Assembly (NCBI GenBank): GCA_963798795.1
Contig: CAWCUZ010000001.1
Span: 886,215 to 950,214 of the forward strand
Direction of reading: 5' to 3'
DNA: 64,000 bases
DNA from: an uncultured Acidobacteriota bacterium
GTDB taxonomy: Bacteria > Acidobacteriota > Vicinamibacteria > Vicinamibacterales > SCN-69-37
Below, piece after piece: positions 51,104-58,194 of the stretch. The notes under the pieces were generated by a model. That model was not told where the DNA came from, did no database searches, and saw only the letters and a list, made by a program, of their open reading frames with translations. Each line of letters opens with the position of its first letter. Within the stretch, counting starts at the first letter, position 1. The position numbers and the translations under genes were made by a program.

Positions 51104-53199
51104 CGCATCCCCGCTTTCGGCGCGCCGATCCTGACCAGCATCACGCCGTGGCGCGCCACCACGGCCGAGATGCGGTCGCGCGCTGGCGCCAGATCCGCGT
51201 GACGCCACAGATCGCGAACCGGCTGCGTCCCCGACAGTCCCAGGTCGGCCCAGGTGGCGCTCACCGTCGCCGGCTCCGGTCCCCGGTTGAACAGCCCGAC
51301 GGCCAGCGTCCCGTCGTCGAGCGGTCGCGCCCACACTTCCGTCCACCCGTCGCTCGCCGTGCGCCCGGCAGGACGGCCGAGCACATCCTGGTTGACGGCC
51401 AGCACTTCCCGGTTGCCCAGCAGATCGGTCGTCCACTGATCGATCCGCGACAGGTCCGCGCCAATCAGCATGGGCGCCGCCTGCAGGGCCCACAGCGAGA
51501 TGTGCGTGAGCTGCTCGTTCGGCGTCAGATTCGTCGGGCGCGACCCCTGACTCCATCCGACCATGCCCACGACGAGCATGTCGGTGTCGTTCCAGTGGCC
51601 GGGACCGGCGTACTTCTCACGGCCCGTCTGCTGGAATCCAATCCCCGCCATGCTGGGCCAGGAATCGCGGATGTCGCCGGTCATGCGCCACAGGTTGCCC
51701 CCGACTTCTTCGCCCCACTCCCAGACCTTGCCCCATCCGTACTGACAGAGGCTGAACACGACGTCGCGATCCAGCCTGTCGAGCACGCTGCGCATCTGGA
51801 TGTACGGCTTCTTCAGATCGGCCAGGTCGTTCCGATCGCCCTGATAGGAGCACCAGTCGTACTTGAGATAGTCGAAGCCCCACGTCGCCCACGTTCGCGC
51901 GTCCTGCTCTTCGTGACCGAACGTCGCGGCAAGCCCCTGGCAGGTCGTTGGCCCGGGCGACGAGTAGATGCCCGCCTTCAGGCCCAGGCTGTGAATGTAG
52001 TCGACGAGCCCCTTCATGTCCGGGAAGTTGGCGTTCGTCATGATCTCGCCATTCGCATCGCGCGCCGCCGCCACGTTCCGCCCGCGGCCGCTCGGGTTCG
52101 GCTCGTTGCCGGCCTCCCAGACGTCGTCGATGTTGATGTAGGTGTAGCCCTGCCGGGCGAGCCCGCTTTTCACCATGCCATCGGCCGAGGCCCGCACCTT
52201 TTCGGCGGTGACCGTGTTGCCCCAGGCGTTCCACGAATTCCAGCCGAGAGGCGGCGTGAGCGCGAGCGTGTGCGCGCCGCCGACGATGGTGATCTGCCCC
52301 GAGGTCTGACCGCCGGAACCGCGCACGCTCACGTCGACCACGCTCCGCCCGGGTCCTCGCAACGCTCCGGTGATGATCCCGGTCTGCGGATCCAGCGTGA
52401 GGCCCGCCGGCAGGTTCGTCGCGGCGAACGTCAGCGGTCCGTCCCCGGAGGCGGGAATGGTGAACAGGAACGGCCGGCCGGGCGTGGCGCCGGTGATCCG
52501 CGGGTAGTTGAGCTGCGGTTGCGCCGAACGGCTCGAGGCGATCGCCGGTTCCGGCTCTTCGGCGGGCGCCGCGATCGCCGGCTGCTGCGCGGCGCCGGCT
52601 TTCATCGTGATCAGCGCGCCGCCCCAGTCGGCGTTGTCAGCGCCGGTGCCGTCGTTGGCGTCGATGACCGCGAGCACGAGCCGCTTCGCCCCGGTCAGGT
52701 CGGCCGACAGCAGCTTTGGCGCGTCGCCGCCGCGCATGACGCCTGAATCCGACGCCTTGCGGCCGTCGACCCACACGCCGAAGATGACGCTCCCCTGTCC
52801 CGCCGCCGTGGCGTCGTCGATTCCGACCATCGACGCGAACCGGACGGCCTGACCAGCGAGATCGATGGTGATGTCGGTATCCGACTGCAGCGGCAGCGCA
52901 TGCGGGTACGTCACGCCGCCCAGCGCGTGGACGGGCGCCGGCGGCGGCGCGCCCGGCGTACCGCGCCCGCGCCCGCCGCGGCCGGGCCGGCGGACCGGCG
53001 CGTTGCTCAAATCCAGGGTGTCGACCCAGACCCCGCCGGGCGGTGCGGTGTCCTGCCGCAGGACGGCTGCGCCCTGGGCCTGATCCACCGCCGCGCGCGC
53101 GCTCAGCACGCTGGCGCCGACCCACGCCGCCCACGGCAGCAAGGCGATGGCCCCGACGCGAGCCGCCCGCCCTCGCGCATCTCCCTGGTTCATCGTCAC
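51100..53199 (-). CDS. GH27 alpha-galactosidase-like enzyme with NPCBM and Ig-like domains
   Basis: NPCBM ('F...VGIDD...GSVIF.VWVDG...ADWG'), Ig ('NLPAGLTLD..TGIITG'), GH27 'TPPLGWNSWN', 'NIDD', nucleophile 'YLKYDWC', acid/base 'WR.TGDI'. Confidence 0.9.
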   Translation of the reverse strand: MTMNQGDARGRAARVGAIALLPWAAWVGASVLSARAAVDQAQGAAVLRQDTAPPGGVWVDTLDLSNAPVRRPGRGGRGRGTPGAPPPAPVHALGGVTYPHALPLQSDTDITIDLAGQAVRFASMVGIDDATAAGQGSVIFGVWVDGRKASDSGVMRGGDAPKLLSADLTGAKRLVLAVIDANDGTGADNADWGGALITMKAGAAQQPAIAAPAEEPEPAIASSRSAQPQLNYPRITGATPGRPFLFTIPASGDGPLTFAATNLPAGLTLDPQTGIITGALRGPGRSVVDVSVRGSGGQTSGQITIVGGAHTLALTPPLGWNSWNAWGNTVTAEKVRASADGMVKSGLARQGYTYINIDDVWEAGNEPNPSGRGRNVAAARDANGEIMTNANFPDMKGLVDYIHSLGLKAGIYSSPGPTTCQGLAATFGHEEQDARTWATWGFDYLKYDWCSYQGDRNDLADLKKPYIQMRSVLDRLDRDVVFSLCQYGWGKVWEWGEEVGGNLWRMTGDIRDSWPSMAGIGFQQTGREKYAGPGHWNDTDMLVVGMVGWSQGSRPTNLTPNEQLTHISLWALQAAPMLIGADLSRIDQWTTDLLGNREVLAVNQDVLGRPAGRTASDGWTEVWARPLDDGTLAVGLFNRGPEPATVSATWADLGLSGTQPVRDLWRHADLAPARDRISAVVARHGVMLVRIGAPKAGMR

Positions 53200-53202
53200 C
53201 CT

Positions 53203-53228
53203 CCAATCACCAATCGCAAATCACAAAT
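53203..53228. repeat. Short heptamer tandem repeat, (C[CA]AATC[AG]) about 3.7 copies
   Basis: CCAATCA CCAATCG CAAATCA CAAAT in the gap between divergent genes. Confidence 0.6.
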
Positions 53229-53251
53229 GGTTTGCTGCTATCTTCCCCCAA

Positions 53252-54022
53252 GTGCTCCCATCCGCCAACGAGGTGGTCAGTTTCGATCGCGTGAGCTTCG
53301 CCTACGCGGGGCGTCCGTCCATACTGGAGGATTTCACGCTGACCGTCGGACGCAGCGAGGTGCTGGCGCTCGTCGGCCGCAGCGGTGCCGGCAAGAGCAC
53401 CATCCTGAAGCTCGTCAACGGCCTGCTCCTGCCCGACGCCGGCTCGGTGCGCGTCGACGGCCGCGATACGCGCGAGTGGAACGGCATCCGGCTGCGCCGG
53501 CGCGTCGGGTACGTGCTGCAGGACGTCGGCCTGTTTCCCCACATGAGCGTGCAGGACAACGTGGCCCTCGTGCCGCGCCTGGAGGGCTGGACGCCGGCAC
53601 GACGCCGGGCGCGCGCCCACGAGCTGCTCGCGCTGGTCGGCCTGCCGCCCGAAACGTTCGCGGGGCGGCGGCCGCGGGCGCTTTCGGGCGGGCAGCGCCA
53701 GCGCGTCGGCGTGGCGCGGGCGCTGGCGCTCGATCCGCCCATGCTGCTGATGGACGAACCGTTCGGCGCGCTCGATCCGGTCACGCGCGCGGAGCTGCAG
53801 CGCGAATTCCGCCGCATTCAGCGCCAGCTCGGCACGACCGTCCTGCTCGTGACGCACGACCTGGCGGAAGCCTTCGCCCTCGCCGATCGGATCGGCATCC
53901 TGGATGCGGGCGGGCTCGCCGCGTGCGACCCGCCCGCGGCGATCCGGCGCTCGCCGGATCCCCGCGTCCGGCTGTTTCTGGAGACGCTGCCGTCCCTCCA
54001 GGACGAGGGGACCGCGAGGTGA
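53252..54022 (+). CDS. ABC ATPase, OpuA/ProV/EgtV-like (no CBS domains)
   Basis: GRSGAGKST, 'VGYVLQDVGLFPHM', LSGGQRQRVGVARALA.DP, MDEPFGALD. GTG 53252 lies 7 nt after TGcTATCTT. Confidence 0.9.
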   Translation: MLPSANEVVSFDRVSFAYAGRPSILEDFTLTVGRSEVLALVGRSGAGKSTILKLVNGLLLPDAGSVRVDGRDTREWNGIRLRRRVGYVLQDVGLFPHMSVQDNVALVPRLEGWTPARRRARAHELLALVGLPPETFAGRRPRALSGGQRQRVGVARALALDPPMLLMDEPFGALDPVTRAELQREFRRIQRQLGTTVLLVTHDLAEAFALADRIGILDAGGLAACDPPAAIRRSPDPRVRLFLETLPSLQDEGTAR

Positions 54023-55551
54023 GCGAACTCGCGGCGTTTCTCTCGTCGCACCGCGCCGAGCTGGGACGGCTGGTCATGCAGCACGTGCTGCTCGTCGCGA
54101 TCTCCACGGCCGTGGCGGTGGCGCTCGGCGTGCCCGCGGGCATCCTGGCGGCACGCCGCCCCCGCGTCGGACGGCCCGTCCTGTTTGCAGCCAGCATCGC
54201 GCAGACGATCCCGAGCCTCGCCCTGTTCGGCTTCCTGCTGCCGCTGCCGTTCGTCGGCGGCATCGGCCCGCGCACCGCGCTGGTCGCGCTCACGCTGTAC
54301 GCCCTGCTGCCCATCGTACGCACGACCGTCGGCGGCCTGCGCAGCGTCGACCCGGCCGTGGTGGACGCCGGCGTCGCCATGGGCATGACGCCGCGCCAGC
54401 TCCTGCTGATGGTCCAGTTGCCGCTCGCGCTGCCGAGTGTCGTCGCCGGAATTCGCGTGGCGGCGGTGATCGGCGTGGGCACGGCGACCATCGCCGCGGC
54501 CATCGGCGCGGGCGGCCTCGGCGAGTACATCTTTCGCGGCCTCGCCATGGTGGACACCACCACGATCCTCGCCGGCGCCGTGCCCGCCGCCGCGCTGGCG
54601 CTGGCCGCCGATGGCGTGCTCGCCGGGCTCGAGTACGCGTTTCGGGAAGGGCGCCGCGGCCTGGCCGCGGGCATCATCGCGCCCGTCCTCCTGGCGCTCG
54701 CCGCCGCCGCCGCCTGGCCGATTCTCACCCACGCCTCGCGACGCGCCCTCGTGGTGGGCTCCAAGAACTTCACCGAGCAGATCGTCCTCGGCGAGATCGT
54801 CGCCCAGACGATCGAATCGACCGGGCTGCCGGTCCGGCGTGCCTTGAATCTCGGCGGCACCTTCATCTGCGACCACGCGATCCGATCCGGCGACATCGAC
54901 GCGTACGTCGAATACACCGGCACGGCCGTCACGGCCGTCTTCCACGACGACGTGCCGCACGATCCGGCCCAGGCCTACGGCCGCACGCGGCAGTTGTATG
55001 CCGATCGCGGCATCACGGCGCTCTCGCCGCTCGGGTTCAACAACACGTTCGCGATTCTCGTCCGGCAGGCCGACGCGCAGGCGCTGGGGCTCCGCTCCAT
55101 CGAGGATCTCGCGCGCGTCGACGACCGGTGGACGCCCGGATTCGGCTACGAGTTCCTGCAGCGCGACGACGGGTATGCCGGCCTGGTGCAGGCATACGGG
55201 CTGTCGTTCGCCCACGCGCCGCGTGCGATGGACCTGTCGCTGATCTACAAGGCGCTGGCTGACCGACAGGTAGATGTCATCGCCGGCGACGCCACGAGCG
55301 CGCTCATCGACGCGCTGCATCTCGCGGCGCTCGCTGACACGCGCCAGTACTTCCCGCCGTACGACGCCGTGCCGCTCGTCCGGAGCGCCACCCTGCTCCA
55401 GCATCCGGCGGTCCGCCGCGCCCTGGCGCGTCTCGGGGGCCGCATCTCGGAGGCCGACATGCGCGCCATGAACCGCGCGGTCGACGTCGACCACCGCGAC
55501 CCCGCCGCCGTGGCCCGCGAATTCCTGCAGCGGCACATCCCGCCCGCCTGA
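54019..55551 (+). CDS. Fused permease and substrate-binding protein of a betaine-type ABC importer (OpuBB-BC/EgtU-like)
   Basis: Permease 'QTIPSLALFG', 'AAIGAGGLG'; binding domain 'GSKNFTEQ', 'YVEYTGT', 'GFNNTFA', 'EFLQRDDG', 'YFPPYDA'. Confidence 0.9.
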   Translation: MSELAAFLSSHRAELGRLVMQHVLLVAISTAVAVALGVPAGILAARRPRVGRPVLFAASIAQTIPSLALFGFLLPLPFVGGIGPRTALVALTLYALLPIVRTTVGGLRSVDPAVVDAGVAMGMTPRQLLLMVQLPLALPSVVAGIRVAAVIGVGTATIAAAIGAGGLGEYIFRGLAMVDTTTILAGAVPAAALALAADGVLAGLEYAFREGRRGLAAGIIAPVLLALAAAAAWPILTHASRRALVVGSKNFTEQIVLGEIVAQTIESTGLPVRRALNLGGTFICDHAIRSGDIDAYVEYTGTAVTAVFHDDVPHDPAQAYGRTRQLYADRGITALSPLGFNNTFAILVRQADAQALGLRSIEDLARVDDRWTPGFGYEFLQRDDGYAGLVQAYGLSFAHAPRAMDLSLIYKALADRQVDVIAGDATSALIDALHLAALADTRQYFPPYDAVPLVRSATLLQHPAVRRALARLGGRISEADMRAMNRAVDVDHRDPAAVAREFLQRHIPPA

Positions 55552-55617
55552 GATCACGTTCCACTCGGGCGGCCGCGCCACGGACCCTGCAGTCGGTCGA
55601 CGCCAGTGCCTTTGGGC

Positions 55618-56601
55618 CTACCTGGCTGCCGCGAGCGTGAGCGCAAAGCCGGCGTCGCGGTCGATCCACTGCCCGGTCGCGCCGAAGCCGGTGCGGACGA
55701 GCAGGCGGGCGATGTCGTCGGGGCGGTACTTGTACGAGCTCTCCGTCCAGATCGACTCGCCATCCGCGAGCGTGACGGCCAGCCCGGCGCCGGGCACGCG
55801 AACCCGCTGCGGACGCGTGCTGACCAGGTGCATCTCGACCCGCGACGCGTCGGGGTTCCACACCGCGCGATGGCGGAAGCTCGACAGATCGAAGTCGGCG
55901 CCGAGCTCGCGGTTGATGCGGACGAGCAGGTTGCGATTGAACGCCGCCGTCACACCAAGCGGATCGTCGTAGGCCAGCAGCAGGTCGCGTTCGGACTTGA
56001 TCAGGTCCGCGCCGAGCAGCAGCGCGTCGCCCGCGCGCAGCGTGGACCGGACGTGCCGGAGAACGGCATCGGCTCCCGCCGGATCGAAGTTGCCGATGTT
56101 CGACCCGAGGAACGCCACGGCCGTTCGGCCGGCGACGGTCCCGGCGCGGCGCAATTCGTCCAGCCCGACTTCGTACGGCGCCTGGTGACCGACGACCGTC
56201 ACTCGGTCCAGGGCCGTGAGCACGTGGGCGGCGGTCCCGAGGGCGGCCGCCGACACGTCGATCAGGTGCACCTCGAGCGGCCGCAACCGCGGCACGCCGT
56301 CGAGCAGCAGCTTCAACTTGCCGCCGGTGCCCGAGCCGAGCTCGACCAGGCGCGCCAGCGGCTCGAGCCGCGCCAGGATATCGGCGGCATGCCGCACCAG
56401 CAGCTGCGTCTCGGCGCGCGTGATGCGATACCACGGCAGGAGGCAGATGGCTTCGAACAGCGCCGAGCCGAGCGGGTCGTACAAATAGCGCGACGGGAGC
56501 TGCCGGGGCCGCTGGCCCAGATAGTGCCGGACGTCGGCCGACAAATCGGCCGCGTCGACTGCCGCCGGCCTGGCCGAGACGCGAGCCTGGGCCTCTCTCA
56601 T
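55618..56601 (-). CDS. egtD: L-histidine N-alpha-trimethyltransferase
   Basis: 'YLYD..GS.LFE.I', SAM motif 'VELGSGTG', 'FLGSNIGNF', 'AYDDPLGVTAAFNRN', 'VEMHL', 'TESSYKY'. Confidence 0.9.
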   Translation of the reverse strand: MREAQARVSARPAAVDAADLSADVRHYLGQRPRQLPSRYLYDPLGSALFEAICLLPWYRITRAETQLLVRHAADILARLEPLARLVELGSGTGGKLKLLLDGVPRLRPLEVHLIDVSAAALGTAAHVLTALDRVTVVGHQAPYEVGLDELRRAGTVAGRTAVAFLGSNIGNFDPAGADAVLRHVRSTLRAGDALLLGADLIKSERDLLLAYDDPLGVTAAFNRNLLVRINRELGADFDLSSFRHRAVWNPDASRVEMHLVSTRPQRVRVPGAGLAVTLADGESIWTESSYKYRPDDIARLLVRTGFGATGQWIDRDAGFALTLAAAR

Positions 56602-58013
56602 CGCGCCACCTCACGGACGCAGCGAAACGCCGCGTAGACGTAGGGATAGCGGGCGCGGAACCAGTTGCGAAACGTGGGCCGGATCAGCTCGCGCGCCGTC
56701 GCCGGCGACGCGCCCTTGATGACGTAGTGTTCGCCATCGAAGAAATCCGCGGAGTACTCCGGGTACGACGGGATGGGCGTGAAGCCGGGAAAGGGCGCGA
56801 ACACCGTGCCCGTCCACTCCCAGCCGTTGCCGACGAGGTCGTCGATGCCCCAGGCGCTCCGGCCGGCCGGATGGCTGCCGGCCGGCTGCGGATCCCACGT
56901 GACGAAGTCGAACACGCCCCGGTCCGGCGACGTCGGTTCCGCACCCCACGGGAACGGCCGCTCGCGTCCGTCGGGCGCGCCGTAGGCGGCGCGCTGGTAT
57001 TCCGCCTCGGTCGGCAGGCGCGAGCCGCGCCAGGCCGCGTACGCACGCGCCTCGGCCTGGCTCACGTACACCGGCCAGGACGCCGGGAGCGGAATCCGGT
57101 CGAACATCCCCCGCCAGACCCAGGCGTCACCCTCACGCTCCCAGAAGAGCGGGTGCTGCATCCCCTCGCGCTGCAGCCACTGCCAGTCCGCGTCGCGCCA
57201 CCACCGTGACTGCTGATAGCCGCCTGCCTCGACAAACGCGAGAAACGCTTCGTTCGTGACGTTGTGCCGTTCGATGGCGAATGCCGCCACGTCCTCCGCC
57301 CAAACCCCGCGCTCGTTGTCCCACGAGAACGGCAGGTCGGCGCCGCTGGTCCCGAGCGTCGCCCGGCCGGCGGGCACGGTGATCCACTCCGGCTTGGGCG
57401 TCCCCCGGGGCTGACGACCCGGGGCTCCGAAAGTCGGCGTCGGCGTCCGCTGGAGCCCCGGGTCTTCAGACCCGGGGAACTCGCCCGTGACGGGTGTGTC
57501 CGCCGCAGGCCGGCGCTTCTGCTCGAGGGGCAGCCGATGCCACATGTAGAGCAGCGTCTCCTGATGCATGGCTTCGTGCTCGAGGATGGCGTAGGCCGCC
57601 TCGGCGCGATTCAGCAACGGATGCCCCGGGCGGTCGATGTCGGCATCCGCCAGCGCCGCCAGCACCTGCCGGTCGGCTTCGTCCGCGAACGCGCGCACCT
57701 CCGAACGGCTCGGCCAGGCCGCGGCCTCGGCCCCACCCTGACCCCGGGACTCATGCGGATCGATCCCGCGAGCGAACAGCGCCTCAAGCCGCGCGTCGAT
57801 ACCCGGCCGGCCGAGCCCCCGCTTCACCAGCGTGTTGAAACTGAAGGCCGGCAGGTGTCCCTCGTAGAACACGAGCGGGTGGCGGAGGGCGATTGGCCGC
57901 GCGTAGTACGCCTCCTCGTTGACCAGGTCGAAGAGCGCCGACGAGCGGGCGCGGTTTCGCCGGTACCAGTTCACCAGAGCCTCGCGGCTCGACACGACGC
58001 TGGATGTGGGCAT
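56598..58013 (-). CDS. egtB: Non-heme iron sulfoxide synthase (DinB_2 plus FGE-sulfatase), ergothioneine biosynthesis
   Basis: Iron ligands in 'YEGHLP' and 'HEAMHQE', 'WDNE', 'RLPTEAE', 'GNGWEWT', 'YPEYSADFFDG'. Translationally coupled to egtD. Confidence 0.88.
   Translation of the reverse strand: MPTSSVVSSREALVNWYRRNRARSSALFDLVNEEAYYARPIALRHPLVFYEGHLPAFSFNTLVKRGLGRPGIDARLEALFARGIDPHESRGQGGAEAAAWPSRSEVRAFADEADRQVLAALADADIDRPGHPLLNRAEAAYAILEHEAMHQETLLYMWHRLPLEQKRRPAADTPVTGEFPGSEDPGLQRTPTPTFGAPGRQPRGTPKPEWITVPAGRATLGTSGADLPFSWDNERGVWAEDVAAFAIERHNVTNEAFLAFVEAGGYQQSRWWRDADWQWLQREGMQHPLFWEREGDAWVWRGMFDRIPLPASWPVYVSQAEARAYAAWRGSRLPTEAEYQRAAYGAPDGRERPFPWGAEPTSPDRGVFDFVTWDPQPAGSHPAGRSAWGIDDLVGNGWEWTGTVFAPFPGFTPIPSYPEYSADFFDGEHYVIKGASPATARELIRPTFRNWFRARYPYVYAAFRCVREVAR
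57403..57477. repeat. Inverted REP doublet in frame within egtB
   Basis: 57403-57429 reverse complement is CGGAGCCCCGGGTCGTCAGCCCCGGGG; 57451-57477 is TGGAGCCCCGGGTCTTCAGACCCGGGG. Confidence 0.85.
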
Positions 58014-58194
58014 GAGCAAGCTCGCGGGGGCGACTCCATTGTCCCCCAACCGGGCGTCAGACCCCGGTCACAAGCCCCAGAAACCTCATCAACCTCACGC
58101 GGGGTATGCGATGATGCCGCCCGGCCGGGGCCGCCTCCCGACGGTTCCGTCCGAGCCGATAAGAAAGCCAGTCCGATGCCAGTTCGTCTCGCCC

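Noticed and set aside
56598..58013. Selenoneine (SenA) or ovothiol (OvoA) assignment, or a DGR target because of the FGE/C-lectin fold
   Set aside because: There is no senB or selD, no fused C-terminal methyltransferase, and no reverse transcriptase or template repeat. Coupling to egtD favours ergothioneine.
58155..58162. GCCGATAA sigma-28 -10 element upstream of the kinase
   Set aside because: There is no TAAA-like -35 at the expected spacing, so it is insufficient on its own.
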